Made by a program: the position numbers and the translations under genes
From: Myxococcota bacterium
GTDB taxonomy: Bacteria > Myxococcota_A > UBA9160 > UBA6930
NCBI GenBank assembly: GCA_965223415.1
Contig: OZ245002.1
Coordinates: 576,001 to 640,000, forward strand
Length of the DNA stretch: 64,000 nucleotides
Direction of reading: 5' to 3'
Notes under the pieces: model-generated
What the model saw: only the letters and a program-made list of their open reading frames with translations
What the model was told of the DNA's origin: nothing
The model's database searches: none
Shown here: positions 38,776-50,488 of the stretch, piece after piece
Layout of the letters: each line of letters starts with the position of its first letter
How positions within the stretch are numbered: the stretch's first letter is position 1

Positions 38776-39443
38776 GCGGGCAGGCCTTCCTTCTCCTCGA
38801 CCGGCCCCTCTCCCGGTACCAGGTCCCGCAGACGATCCTTCAACGCCTTGCGGGCCCGATGGATGCGGGACTTCACCGTCCCCTCGGCGACCTGGAGCAC
38901 CTCGGCGATCTCACCGTAGGCGAGCCCCTCGATGTCGAACAGCACGAGCGGCGCGCGCAGGCTCGGCGCCAGGGTCTGGAGCTCCTGCTGCACCCGCGCC
39001 CGGATCTCGCCGCCGAACGCGGCGTCCTCGGGCCCGCGAGGCTCGGACGGCAGCGCACTGCCGCCGGCCTGCTCCCGGGCCAGGGCGTCCATGTGCGCCC
39101 GCCGGCGACCGAGGCTGCGGCGGCGGTTCAGGGCGGCGTTCATGGCCACCCGGTAGAGGAAGGTCGAGAAGCGGGCCTCGCGGCGGAAGCGGTGACCGTG
39201 GCGGTGGAGGTTCAGGAAGGTGTCCTGGGCCGCATCCTCCGCCTCCTCCCGGCTCCCGAGCATGCGCAGCAGCAGGCCGAAGACCCGCCGCTCGTGCCGC
39301 CGGACCAGGGCCTCGAAGGCCTGAGCGTCGCCGTCTCGCCAGCGATCGATCAGCTCGAGATCGGGATCGACCGCCTCCACGGAAGCGACCCGCGAGCCGG
39401 TCAGATGCGTTCGGTCGAGAATGGGTTGGGTCACGAATGCCAC
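38772..39443 (-). CDS. ECF sigma factor (RpoE/SigW-like)
   Basis: AFEALVRRHE, AEDAAQDTFL, FSTFLYRVAMN and GTVKSRIHRAR. Confidence 0.92.
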   Translation of the reverse strand: MAFVTQPILDRTHLTGSRVASVEAVDPDLELIDRWRDGDAQAFEALVRRHERRVFGLLLRMLGSREEAEDAAQDTFLNLHRHGHRFRREARFSTFLYRVAMNAALNRRRSLGRRRAHMDALAREQAGGSALPSEPRGPEDAAFGGEIRARVQQELQTLAPSLRAPLVLFDIEGLAYGEIAEVLQVAEGTVKSRIHRARKALKDRLRDLVPGEGPVEEKEGLPA

Positions 39444-39449
39444 GCCCTT

Positions 39450-39478
39450 TGGGACACGGGGTCGACCAACATGGTTCC
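39450..39478 (-). promoter_or_regulatory. Candidate autoregulatory ECF promoter (GGAACC-N17-GTCCCA)
   Basis: Minus strand ggaacc atgttggtcgaccccgt gtccca ends 6 nt before the sigma GTG. Confidence 0.6.
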
Positions 39479-39540
39479 CCAGGTTCCCTTGTCTACGAGT
39501 GAAGAAGCACCCTCGTTCGACGCATCCCCCCGGGGGATAT

Positions 39541-40062
39541 TCAGCGCGAAGAAGGGGCCTGCTCCTCGCCCGGGCGGGTCCAGGTGCCGCTCTTGCCGCC
39601 GGTCTTGGAGACGAGGCGCACGGCGCCGACGGCCATGCCCCGGTCGATGGCCTTGCACATGTCGTAGATGACGAGACCGGCAGCGGAGACCGCCACCAGC
39701 GCCTCCATCTCCACCCCGGTCCGGGCGTGGGCGCGCACGCTGGCCTCGACCCGCACGCAGCTCGCCTCCGGATCCGGGCGGAGCTCCACCTCGATCGACT
39801 CGAGGGGCAACGGGTGGCACAGGGGGATCCACTCGGCGGTGCGCTTGGCGGCCTGGATGCCGGCGATCCGGGCCGTGGCGAACACGTCGCCCTTCGGCGT
39901 GCGCCCTTCGGTGATGGCCGCCAGGGTCTCCGGCGCCATCTCCACCTCGCAGCGGGCCACGCACACGCGCTCGGTCACGGGCTTCTCGCCCACGTCGACC
40001 ATGCGGGCGCGCCCCTGGGCATCGAGGTGGGTCAGGCGGTTCCGGGTCGGCCGGTCGCTCAT
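39541..40062 (-). CDS. moaC: Cyclic pyranopterin monophosphate synthase
   Basis: LTHLD...[19 protein letters not shown] and YDMCKA. Confidence 0.96.
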   Translation of the reverse strand: MSDRPTRNRLTHLDAQGRARMVDVGEKPVTERVCVARCEVEMAPETLAAITEGRTPKGDVFATARIAGIQAAKRTAEWIPLCHPLPLESIEVELRPDPEASCVRVEASVRAHARTGVEMEALVAVSAAGLVIYDMCKAIDRGMAVGAVRLVSKTGGKSGTWTRPGEEQAPSSR

Positions 40063-40093
40063 CGGAGGCACCCGTTCCGGGTCAGCAAGTCGT

Positions 40094-41002
40094 TCACGCG
40101 AGGGACTCGAGCCAGTGCCACAGGTCGGTGTAGACCTGCTCGCGCTCCGGCTCGTTGAAGATCTCGTGGCGCAGCGCGGGGTAGATGCGCAGGTCGCTGC
40201 CTTCGGTCGTGACGCCGGCGAAGAAGTCCCGGCTGCCCCGGACCGAGCAGAGCGAATCGTCCTCGCCGTGGAGCATCAGGAGGGGCACGGTCACTTCCGC
40301 CGCGCGCTCGGCCGTGCGCGCCGCTCGGCCGAGCAGCTCCGCGCCGAGCGACGCGGTCATGTCCCGGAATACGAACGGGTCCGCCAGGTACTGCTCGACG
40401 ACCTGCGGGTCCCGGGAGAGGCCCTCGAGATCGAGGCCGCTTCCCATGCGAAGCGTCGGCCACACGAGACGGAGCGCTTTCGCCATGGCGATGCGAGCCG
40501 CCGACACACCGTCGGGGTCGATCGCCGCGCCCGACGTGACGGCACCGCTCAGCACCGGCTGTCGCTCGACCAGGAAGGCCAGGGTGACGAGCCCACCCAT
40601 GCTGTGGCCGACCAGGTGAACGGGAAGGGTCGGGTGCTCGGCCCGGACGGTGTCGAGCATCAACGCCAGATCGTCCAGGTACTCGTCGAAGCTGCGCACG
40701 TGGGCGCGCCGCCCGCCGGAGCGGCCGTGGCCCCGATGGTCGTAGGCGCTGACCGCGGCGCCCCGCCGTGCGAGCCACGACCCGATCTCCTCGTAGCGTC
40801 CGCTGTGCTCGGCGTAGCCGTGCACGAGCAGGAGGGCGCGGGTGGGCGCGGGAGGCGTCCAGGTGCGACGGAAGAGCGACGGACCGTCGGCTGCGGTGAC
40901 CGTCGTCTCGGTGCGGCGCAGGTCGGCCGCTGCCACGGTCGCCTCGGGAAGGCGCCGCTCGGCCGCGCCCTCGTGACTAGGAGGCGAGAGCTCGCTCGAC
41001 AC
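40094..41002 (-). CDS. Alpha/beta hydrolase (lysophospholipase/monoglyceride lipase-like)
   Basis: [24 protein letters not shown] and HEIFNE; start uncertain. Confidence 0.88.
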   Translation of the reverse strand: MSSELSPPSHEGAAERRLPEATVAAADLRRTETTVTAADGPSLFRRTWTPPAPTRALLLVHGYAEHSGRYEEIGSWLARRGAAVSAYDHRGHGRSGGRRAHVRSFDEYLDDLALMLDTVRAEHPTLPVHLVGHSMGGLVTLAFLVERQPVLSGAVTSGAAIDPDGVSAARIAMAKALRLVWPTLRMGSGLDLEGLSRDPQVVEQYLADPFVFRDMTASLGAELLGRAARTAERAAEVTVPLLMLHGEDDSLCSVRGSRDFFAGVTTEGSDLRIYPALRHEIFNEPEREQVYTDLWHWLESLA

Positions 41003-41573
41003 GTTCCCGCGCGGCGCGCACCCGGTTCAGGTAGGAGACGCCGCGGATCCGCGAGCCCCAGAAATAGGAGGAGATGCCGTCGGCCTCGCCGAGGCGCCGG
41101 ATGTTGCCAGCCAGGATCATGCAGCCGGCCTCGACGTTGGCCTCGACGGTCGTGGCGTTCCCGGCCAGACCCATGGGCCGCATCATGTACGGCATCACCT
41201 GCATCAGCCCCAGGGCGCCCTTCGGGCTCAAGGCCTCGGGACGGCCGTGGCTCTCCACCTCGATCACGGCGAGCACGAGGGCCGGATCGAGCCCGTGCCG
41301 CTCGCTGCTGGCGAGGATCGCCTGCTGGATGCGCTCGATCCAGGCGGGGGCCAGGTGCGGGTTCAACCGCTCCAGCTCCGCGCGAATCGCATCGGGAAGC
41401 CCGGGGGCCTCGGCCTGGACCGCCACGGGAGCTGCAGCCGGCGCCTCGGGAGCGGCCCCGCCGCTGAGTGTGAGGCCCGCCGCCACGGCGAGCAGGGCGA
41501 CCCGCCTGCGGGCGGCGCCTCTCGGCCTCTGCCTCGGCCCGAGGGCCCGTTCTATGGAGCTCGATTGGGTCAT
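40977..41573 (-). CDS. Lytic transglycosylase SLT-domain protein
   Basis: Signal-like N-terminus, AVIEVES and GALGLMQVMP. Confidence 0.85.
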   Translation of the reverse strand: MTQSSSIERALGPRQRPRGAARRRVALLAVAAGLTLSGGAAPEAPAAAPVAVQAEAPGLPDAIRAELERLNPHLAPAWIERIQQAILASSERHGLDPALVLAVIEVESHGRPEALSPKGALGLMQVMPYMMRPMGLAGNATTVEANVEAGCMILAGNIRRLGEADGISSYFWGSRIRGVSYLNRVRAARERVERALAS

Positions 41574-41611
41574 GAAGGGGGGCGCCTTTCCGCCGGGAGC
41601 GGCGCGCGCGG

Positions 41612-41641
41612 AACGTACTGGAAGGATCGGAGCGCTGTCAA
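41612..41641 (-). promoter_or_regulatory. Candidate sigma70 promoter of the SLT gene (TTGACA-N18-TACGTT)
   Basis: Consensus TTGACA at 41641-41636. Confidence 0.4.
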
Positions 41642-41990
41642 AAGCTCCTTGCCCCGCGGGATCCGGAACCGACCGGAATGTGCATCTCGACCTGGAACCG
41701 GACGAAAAAGGGAACGTTTCGGTGACCAGAGGCACACGGAACGACGCGAGGATCAGGTGGTATGTACCCTTGGAGGCAGCTTGGGTGATCCCCCAAACCG
41801 GTGTTCGGATTGACCCTCGCTTCGCGCCTCTGATAGCATCGTTTCCCCCGCAAGAGGCGGGAACTCGGAGGCGAGCCGCGGGGTGCAGCGGGTCGTTCTC
41901 GGGGACGGCGGACGGGAGACCGGACGCGCCCGGGAGCCACCGTGCGGAAGCTCGAACGGCCGCCCTTGGGGAGGCGGAAGCATCCGTGAC

Positions 41991-43433
41991 ATGAGCGCCG
42001 CAGCCGATCGGAACGGTCTCGATCTCGAGACCGCTCTGCCGCTGATCCAGGGCCTCACTCGGCTCCACGATTGGGTCGCGCTGCTCGACGCGCGCGGCGG
42101 CATCCTGTGGCTGTCGGACGCGCTCGCCAGCACCTGCGGCGGAGGGCGTAGCTTCAAGGGCCGACACTGGCTCGAGTCGATGGTGAGCACCGACGATCGC
42201 GCGCGCCTCGAGGAGACCCTCGCCCACGAGGGCAGGGTCTCCGGCGAAGCCGTGAGCGTCGTCGACGGCGACGGCGCGCTCCTGCCGGTCGAGGTCTCGG
42301 CGGCGCACATCGCCGACGGCTGCGATGCGGTGGTCGCGATCTTCCGCCACGGCCGCGAGCCCGGCGACCACCTCGAGGCGGCCACCCTTCGCTACCTGGC
42401 GGCCGTCCTCGACAGCTCCCCCGACGGCGTGGTGGTCATCGATCGCAGCCGCTTCATCACCTACGCCAATCCGGCGATGGAAGAGATCTCCGGATGGAGC
42501 CACGACGAGCTGGTCGACCGGCCCCTGGCCGTGTTTCTGCGCGGCCAGGGAGACCTCGAGTCGATCGCCGGCGCGCTCTCGGATCAGCCGACCGTACGTG
42601 GTGTCGAGCTCGGCGTGCGCCGCCGCGACGACACGCCGCTCGACGTCTCGGTCTCCGTGAGCCGGCTCGCGCTACAGGACGGCACCCAGGTGGGCGCCGT
42701 CGCCTACGTCCAGGACATCACCGAGCGGCGACGCTTCGAGCGCGATCTCGCCCGCAAGAACGAGGAGCTCCAGCACTACGTCGACGCCGTGAGCCACGAC
42801 CTGCGCTCACCCCTCGTCTCGATCCTGGGCTTCTCCCGCCTGCTCCGCGAGGATTTCGCCCCTGCCCTCGGCGAGAAGGGCCAGCACTTCCTCGGCCGCA
42901 TCGAAGAAGCGGGCCGCACGATGGAATCCCTGATCCAGGAGCTGCTCGAGTTCTCGCGCATCGGGGCCGGCGACGAGCCGCCGGGCTGGGTCGACCCCCG
43001 CGACGTCCTGCTCCAGCTCCGCGCCGAGCTCAAGCCGCGCCTCGACGAGGAGCACGTGCTCCTCGAGCTGCCCGACGATCCGCCCCTCGTCCGCGTCGAG
43101 CGCACCCGCCTGTACCAGCTCTTCTCCAACCTGATCGGCAACGCCCTCCGCCACATGGGCCGCGTCCCGGAGCCGCGCATCCATGTCGCGATCCGGAACG
43201 GCGGCAGCAACATCCGCATCTCGGTCGCCGACAACGGCGTCGGCATCGAGCCGGACCGCCACGAGCAGATCTTCGAGATCTTCCACAGCGGCGACCGCGG
43301 CGAGGGCCGGAACGGCACCGGCATGGGGCTCGCCATCGTGAAGAAGATCGCGGAGGCTCGGGGCGGACGGACGTGGGTGGAGAGTCGGCCCGGGGACGGC
43401 GCCACCTTCCATGTGGAGCTTCCCGGGAGCTGA
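41991..43433 (+). CDS. Cytoplasmic PAS-domain sensor histidine kinase
   Basis: PAS-like repeats, SHDLRSPL, NLIGNA, DNGVG and GTGMGLAIV; no TM segment. Confidence 0.9.
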   Translation: MSAAADRNGLDLETALPLIQGLTRLHDWVALLDARGGILWLSDALASTCGGGRSFKGRHWLESMVSTDDRARLEETLAHEGRVSGEAVSVVDGDGALLPVEVSAAHIADGCDAVVAIFRHGREPGDHLEAATLRYLAAVLDSSPDGVVVIDRSRFITYANPAMEEISGWSHDELVDRPLAVFLRGQGDLESIAGALSDQPTVRGVELGVRRRDDTPLDVSVSVSRLALQDGTQVGAVAYVQDITERRRFERDLARKNEELQHYVDAVSHDLRSPLVSILGFSRLLREDFAPALGEKGQHFLGRIEEAGRTMESLIQELLEFSRIGAGDEPPGWVDPRDVLLQLRAELKPRLDEEHVLLELPDDPPLVRVERTRLYQLFSNLIGNALRHMGRVPEPRIHVAIRNGGSNIRISVADNGVGIEPDRHEQIFEIFHSGDRGEGRNGTGMGLAIVKKIAEARGGRTWVESRPGDGATFHVELPGS

Positions 43434-43509
43434 GCGCGGAGGCCGGACGAAGCACGGATCGATCGCCGCCGGTCGCCGGCAAGATCGACGGACCCTCCGC
43501 GGCTCCAGG

Positions 43510-43537
43510 TTGCCAATCCACCCCCCTCATCTAGCCT
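43510..43537 (+). promoter_or_regulatory. Candidate sigma70 promoter of lgt (TTGCCA-N16-TAGCCT)
   Basis: Hexamers at 43510-43515 and 43532-43537, followed by GGAGG before the ATG. Confidence 0.4.
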
Positions 43538-43558
43538 CGGCGCCCGGAGGCCCCCTGC

Positions 43559-44305
43559 ATGTATCCGGTCGTCTGGGAACCGTTCGGCTATCCGATCAGC
43601 TCGTTCGGGGTGATGATGGCGGTCGGCTTCCTGGTCTCCGCCTGGATCGTCGGCAAGCGGCTCGCAGAGTACGGGCAGGATCCGGAGCTCTCCTCGACCA
43701 TCCTCATCTACGCGATGGTCGGCGGGGTCCTGGGCTCGAAGCTGTACTTCGCGGTGGACCAGTGGGCGCTCGGAACGATGCCCTTCTGGGACGCGCTGCT
43801 GAATCGGGCGGGCATCACCTGGTACGGCGGGCTGATCGGCGGGACCCTGGTCGTCACGCTGGCGACGCGGATCCACGGGATTCCCACCCGGCTGGTGTCG
43901 AGCTGCGTGGCCACCGCGGCCCCCTTCGGCCAGGCGTGCGGGCGGATCGGCTGCTTCCTCGTCGGTGACGACTACGGGCGGCCCACGGACGGCTGGTACG
44001 GCATCGCCTTCCCCGAGGGTGCGCCGCCGACCACCGTGCCGGTGCATCCGACCCAGCTCTACGAAGTGGTCTGGCTGGTGCTGGCGGGCACCCTCCTCTG
44101 GAAGCGGCGCAAGTCGAGCCCCTTCCTCTTCGGCGAGTACCTGGCCCTCAACGGTTTCGGCCGTTTCTTCATCGAGATGCTGCGGATCAACCCGGAGGTG
44201 GCCCTCGGGCTCACCGAGCCCCAGTGGATCGGTGTGGGCCTGGTCGTGCTCGGTGGGGTGGGATGGATGTACTATCGGGGGCGTCCCGAAGAGGTCCCCG
44301 CATGA
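43559..44305 (+). CDS. lgt: Prolipoprotein diacylglyceryl transferase
   Basis: WYGGL, GRIGCFLVGDDYG, HPTQLYE and RFFIE. Confidence 0.92.
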   Translation: MYPVVWEPFGYPISSFGVMMAVGFLVSAWIVGKRLAEYGQDPELSSTILIYAMVGGVLGSKLYFAVDQWALGTMPFWDALLNRAGITWYGGLIGGTLVVTLATRIHGIPTRLVSSCVATAAPFGQACGRIGCFLVGDDYGRPTDGWYGIAFPEGAPPTTVPVHPTQLYEVVWLVLAGTLLWKRRKSSPFLFGEYLALNGFGRFFIEMLRINPEVALGLTEPQWIGVGLVVLGGVGWMYYRGRPEEVPA

Positions 44306-44946
44306 CCGCCGAGCGACGCAGCGTCGAGACCCGCAGGAAGATCCTGGAGATCGCCGAGCAGGAGTTCGCCCGGGAGGGCTACGCCGGGGCCCACCTGCAG
44401 CGCATCGCCTCCCAGGTGGGCGTCCAGAAGACCGCCCTCTACTACTACTTCGCCAGCAAGGCCGCCCTGTTCGAGGCAGTGCTGGCGGGCATGATGGAGG
44501 TCTTCGACGAGCGCATCGCGGAGATCCTCGACCAGCCCAAGCCCCACGCCGAGCGCCTGATCGAGGTCGTGGACCGGATGAACGACCTGCTGGCGGAGCG
44601 GCCCACCTACGCCCAGGTGTTGATCCGCATCTTCATCGACAAGTACGAGATCACGAGCAGCCAGCTGCTGCAGGGTCCCGTCGAGCGGATGATCGCCCGC
44701 ATGCTCACCTTCCTTCGGGAGGGCATGGACGCGGGCGTGTTCGTCCGCTGCTCCTCCCGCCACCTCTTCACCAGCACCCTGGGCGCCCTGGTGTTCCACT
44801 ACGCCACCGGGCCGCTAGGCGCCGCCATCCTGGGCGTCGACGACCTGTCCACCTACGACGCGGTGAAGTGGCGGCGCGACGAGATGCGCGGGATCGTCCA
44901 GCGCGCCATCCTGCGCGAGCCGCTGGACCTCACCGGACGGGACTGA
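44302..44946 (+). CDS. TetR/AcrR family regulator
   Basis: ILEIAEQEFAREGY...IASQVGVQKTALYYYFASK. Confidence 0.9.
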   Translation: MTAERRSVETRRKILEIAEQEFAREGYAGAHLQRIASQVGVQKTALYYYFASKAALFEAVLAGMMEVFDERIAEILDQPKPHAERLIEVVDRMNDLLAERPTYAQVLIRIFIDKYEITSSQLLQGPVERMIARMLTFLREGMDAGVFVRCSSRHLFTSTLGALVFHYATGPLGAAILGVDDLSTYDAVKWRRDEMRGIVQRAILREPLDLTGRD

Positions 44947-44956
44947 ACGGGCGGGC

Positions 44957-45916
44957 TCAGGCCGCGGGGCTCTCGCCCTCGCTGGGCAGGCCGTGTCGGA
45001 TGCGCTCGGCGAGGGCGCTGGCGCCGTCGGCGAGCGCCGGGTCGTGCTCGTCGCCGAGCAGCTGGCCGACTCGGGAGAGGGCCGCAATCGCCAGACGCGC
45101 GGAGCGGGCCTCGCCCTCGCCGGGCCCCGCATCGAGCCATGCGCCGAGTGAGGCGATCGCTTCTTGGAAGCGACCGTCGAGAAAGGCCTGCATGCCGTCC
45201 GCGTAGGCGCCGAGCCGCCGCGTGTGGTCGGCCGAATAGCCCAGCCGACGGGCGGCGCGCAGCGCCCCGGCGCCGGCCTGGAAGAAGCCGCTCGCCAGGT
45301 AGGACTCCGCCGCCCGCGCCCAGCCGCTGGCCGCGTCGCCGTGGATCCCCTCGAGCACCTCGTCCAGGGGGGCGCCCATCACCTCCTCCACCTCCTCCCG
45401 ATGCTCGACGAGGAATCGGGTGACGTAGGCGTTGCCGGCGTTCGCCGCGAGCAGCACGCGGAACTGGGCACCGGTCTGACGCAGCAGGGTTTCTGCCTCG
45501 AGCAGCGACTCCTCGAGCCGGATGCCGGAATCGCCGACGATCTTCTCGAACTCGCGCAGGAGCCCGCCCTCGTCCGGGACGTCCGCCTGGCGCAGGGCGC
45601 GAACCCGCGGGCCGTAGACGTCGCGGGTGTAGACGTTCTCCCGGAACTTCATCGCCTCGTGGAAGAGGGAGCCCACCGCCAGGTCGAAAAGCGTGCCCGG
45701 GCCGATCTCGGCGTCGGCCTCGGCGCTGCGGAAGACCCGGTGGCAACGCTCCTTCAGGCGGAAGAGCACGCTCTCCTCGTCGTCACCGACCAGCTCCAGC
45801 ACCTCCTCGAAGCGCAGCTCGCCCGCACGATGGCGTGCCGCCACCGCGCGCAGGGAGCGGTGGGCCATCAGGAAGTCGCGTGCGATGTCGACCAGGGTCG
45901 AGTCGATCGTCCGCAT
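44957..45916 (-). CDS. Hypothetical alpha-helical protein
   Basis: 319-aa frame with genome-typical composition fills the TetR-MFS gap; no recognised catalytic motif. Confidence 0.7.
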   Translation of the reverse strand: MRTIDSTLVDIARDFLMAHRSLRAVAARHRAGELRFEEVLELVGDDEESVLFRLKERCHRVFRSAEADAEIGPGTLFDLAVGSLFHEAMKFRENVYTRDVYGPRVRALRQADVPDEGGLLREFEKIVGDSGIRLEESLLEAETLLRQTGAQFRVLLAANAGNAYVTRFLVEHREEVEEVMGAPLDEVLEGIHGDAASGWARAAESYLASGFFQAGAGALRAARRLGYSADHTRRLGAYADGMQAFLDGRFQEAIASLGAWLDAGPGEGEARSARLAIAALSRVGQLLGDEHDPALADGASALAERIRHGLPSEGESPAA

Positions 45917-45966
45917 GGGTCGCAGTATGGTAGACCCGTCTCTCCCGAGCCAAGCGACGACCATCG

Positions 45967-47602
<1,636 letters not shown>

Positions 47603-47616
47603 CTATCGTCCGGCCC

Positions 47617-49284
47617 ATGAACGCCCCGACCCTTCGCGAAGAAATGGAGGTCGACGTCCTCTTCGTCGGCGCCGGCCCGGCGACCCTCGCCTCGGCCTAC
47701 CACCTGATGAAGACCTGCGAGGCCCGCGGCGTGGAGCCGCCGGCGGTGCTGGTGATCGAGAAGAGCGCCGAGGTCGGCGACCACATGCTCTCGGGCGCCT
47801 GCGTCAACCCCCGCGGCATCCGCGAGCTGATGCCGGACTTCCTCGATCAGGGCTTCCCCCTCGAGTACGTCTGCGACAAGCCGCAGACCCACGTCTTCCT
47901 GCCGAACCACCACTTCCGGCTGCCCATCAACCCGCCGGAGTTCGCGAAGCGCGACTACATGGTCGCGTCCCTGAACAAGGTGGTGAAGTGGCTGGCCGAG
48001 AAGTGCGAGGCCCTGGGCGTCGAGATCTACTCGGGCTTCGCGGGCGACCGGATCCTGGTCGAGGGCAACAAGGTCACCGGCGTCCGCCTCGGCGACATGG
48101 GTGTGGACAAGGACGGCAAGCCGAAGGGCACCTACCAGCCGGGCATGGACATCAAGGCGAGCGTGACCGTCCTGGGCGAGGGCGTGCGTGGCTCGCTGAC
48201 CAAGCAGCTGATCTCGCGCTTCGGCCTCGAAGGGGAGAACCCGCAGATCTACGAGACGGGGATCAAGGAGATCTGGCGCGTCAAGCCGGAGAACCACGTT
48301 CCCGGCCGGGTGGTTCACGGCATGGTGCCCCTGGATCTCGTCGACGCGTTCGGCGGCATGTTCCTCTACGACATGAAGGACAACCTGGTGTCCTTCGGCG
48401 TGGTCACGGCGCTCGAGTCTTCCAACCCGTTCCTCGATCCGCACCTCCGCTCCCAGAAGCTCAAGACGAATCCGTACTTCCGGAAGCTCTTCGAGGGTGG
48501 GGAGCTGGTGCGCTACGGCGCGAAGACGATCCCCATCGGCGGGCTGACCTCGATGCCCAAGCTCTACACCGACGGCGCGCTGCTGGTCGGCGACTCGGCC
48601 GGGTTCTGCAACGGGGAGAAGCTCTCGGGAGTCCACCTGGCGATCAAGTCGGGCATGCTGGCCGCCGAGACCGTCGCCGACGCGGTCGCCAGCGGCGACT
48701 TCACATCGGTCACCCTCGGCGGCTACACCGAGCGCTACCGCCAGAGCTGGGCCTTCGAGGAGCACTGGAAGTCGCGGACGCACCACGCGTCCTTCGCCGG
48801 GAGCTTCGCCTTCACGGCCATCAACGAGCCCTTCCGCCGCTTCCTCACCGACGGCGGCGGGCTGGTCGGCCACCCCTCCTTCCACGCCGGGCACGAGGCG
48901 ATGAAGAAGCTCTCCGAGCTCCCGCCCGAGAAGCGGGTGAAGGAGGAGTTCGAGTTCGACGGCGAGCTCACCTTCTCGAAGGAGCACCTGGTGGGCTTCT
49001 CGGGCACGGCCCACGAGGCGGACCAGCCCTCGCACCTGGTGGTGGCCGATACCGACCTGTGCAGCGACGTCTGCACCGAGGAGTACGGCAACCCCTGCGA
49101 GAGCTTCTGCCCCGCGGCGGTCTACGAGATGATGGACGACCCGGAGGAGCCGGGGAAGAAGAAGCTCTTCATCCACCACGAGAACTGCGTCCACTGCAAG
49201 ACCTGCGACATCGCCGACCCGTACCAGGCGATCACGTGGACGCCGCCGGAAGGGGGCGAGGGGCCCGACTACCAGCTGATGTAG
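47617..49284 (+). CDS. Electron transfer flavoprotein-ubiquinone oxidoreductase
   Basis: VGAGPA FAD motif, GEGVRGSL, GDSAG, CPAAVYE and NCVHCKTCDIADP. Confidence 0.92.
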   Translation: MNAPTLREEMEVDVLFVGAGPATLASAYHLMKTCEARGVEPPAVLVIEKSAEVGDHMLSGACVNPRGIRELMPDFLDQGFPLEYVCDKPQTHVFLPNHHFRLPINPPEFAKRDYMVASLNKVVKWLAEKCEALGVEIYSGFAGDRILVEGNKVTGVRLGDMGVDKDGKPKGTYQPGMDIKASVTVLGEGVRGSLTKQLISRFGLEGENPQIYETGIKEIWRVKPENHVPGRVVHGMVPLDLVDAFGGMFLYDMKDNLVSFGVVTALESSNPFLDPHLRSQKLKTNPYFRKLFEGGELVRYGAKTIPIGGLTSMPKLYTDGALLVGDSAGFCNGEKLSGVHLAIKSGMLAAETVADAVASGDFTSVTLGGYTERYRQSWAFEEHWKSRTHHASFAGSFAFTAINEPFRRFLTDGGGLVGHPSFHAGHEAMKKLSELPPEKRVKEEFEFDGELTFSKEHLVGFSGTAHEADQPSHLVVADTDLCSDVCTEEYGNPCESFCPAAVYEMMDDPEEPGKKKLFIHHENCVHCKTCDIADPYQAITWTPPEGGEGPDYQLM

Positions 49285-49288
49285 CGAC

Positions 49289-50122
49289 TCAGAGGACACG
49301 GCCGAGGGCGTCCAGCAGGACGTCCCGGTCTTCGTCTTCGGCGCACACGGCGAGGGCCCGCGCCGGCTCGTCCTGGTCGTCCGGGAACGGGCGACCGTCC
49401 TCGGCCCAGGCCTGGCCGCCGGCGACCCGGCTGATCAGCACGCCGACCCGGCCGCGGATGCTGATGTTCGCGGTGCCCGGGGAGTGGCGGAGGCCCGCGC
49501 GGAAGCCGGGAATGAGGGGGGCTACCGCGATGGCACCGCCGGAGCCGAACCACACCTCGTAGCCGTGCTCGCGCAGGGCGGCGAGGGCGGGCTCGGGGAG
49601 CTCGTGGGAGACCACGATCCGGTTGCCGGTGGCCTCGGCCCTCCACGGTCGGGACGGGCCCCGGGGCCGCGTGCGCCGGGCGATCCCGGCCCGGGCGGCG
49701 TCGAAGAAGAGACCTTCCCGGGGCAGGGCGACGAGCGCCGCCTCGTAGCGCCCGGCCGCCGCCAGGCCCACGATGCAGGCGTAGGGACCGCGGGCCTCGA
49801 TGTAGGAGTGCAGGGTCCCGTCGATCGGGTCGATGACCACCTCCGCCGGCGCCTCGGAGGGGAACTGGGCCACGAGCGGCGTGTCCTCCTCCGCGCGCAG
49901 CGAGACCTCCGGGCAGTGCTCGAGGAGCGCCTCCAGGATGGCCTCCTGGACCGCGGTGTCCGCCAGGGTGAGCGCGGCCTTCACGGCGGTGGCCTCGTCG
50001 GCCTTCGGCGTGTTCTCGACCCGGCCCTCCAGGGCCCGGGCGATGGCGGCGGCCTGGCGCACCGCCGGTCCGACCGCTTCCAGGAACGCCTCCGGGCCCG
50101 GCGTCGCGCGCACCCCTCCCAC
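49289..50122 (-). CDS. Inositol monophosphatase-superfamily protein
   Basis: LTLAD, AEE and VIDPIDGT; start uncertain (GTG 50122 or 50113). Confidence 0.75.
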   Translation of the reverse strand: MGGVRATPGPEAFLEAVGPAVRQAAAIARALEGRVENTPKADEATAVKAALTLADTAVQEAILEALLEHCPEVSLRAEEDTPLVAQFPSEAPAEVVIDPIDGTLHSYIEARGPYACIVGLAAAGRYEAALVALPREGLFFDAARAGIARRTRPRGPSRPWRAEATGNRIVVSHELPEPALAALREHGYEVWFGSGGAIAVAPLIPGFRAGLRHSPGTANISIRGRVGVLISRVAGGQAWAEDGRPFPDDQDEPARALAVCAEDEDRDVLLDALGRVL

Positions 50123-50174
50123 CTGTCCTCCGGCTTGCGAGCGGCCGGATGCTACCCGTCGCGGCCCGTGCGGG

Positions 50175-50375
50175 CTACGCCGGGCCGGGCTCCTCGGCGG
50201 GTCCGCGCAGCACCAGCATCCGCCCGATCGGGCGGTGGGGAACGATGCCCCGGCGCAGCTCGGCGGCAGCGCGCAGCACCTCCCGGGGATCCTCGTCCCA
50301 CAGGTAGTAGCCGGGCCCCTCCAGGGCGAATCCCTCGCCGCGCCGGCGCAGGGTGATCTCGTCTTCGGAATGCAT
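50175..50375 (-). CDS. Small hypothetical protein (66 aa)
   Basis: GGAG SD before the ATG; natural-looking sequence EGPGYYLWDED. Confidence 0.5.
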   Translation of the reverse strand: MHSEDEITLRRRGEGFALEGPGYYLWDEDPREVLRAAAELRRGIVPHRPIGRMLVLRGPAEEPGPA

Positions 50376-50488
50376 GTCGTCTCCGTTCGTCTCTCGTTCT
50401 CTCTCTGTTCTGGAGAGAGGATCGGGACGGCGCGTGGAGATCGTGTGACGGGGGAGACACATTGTGCGCACACGCGTAAGGTGTCGCG

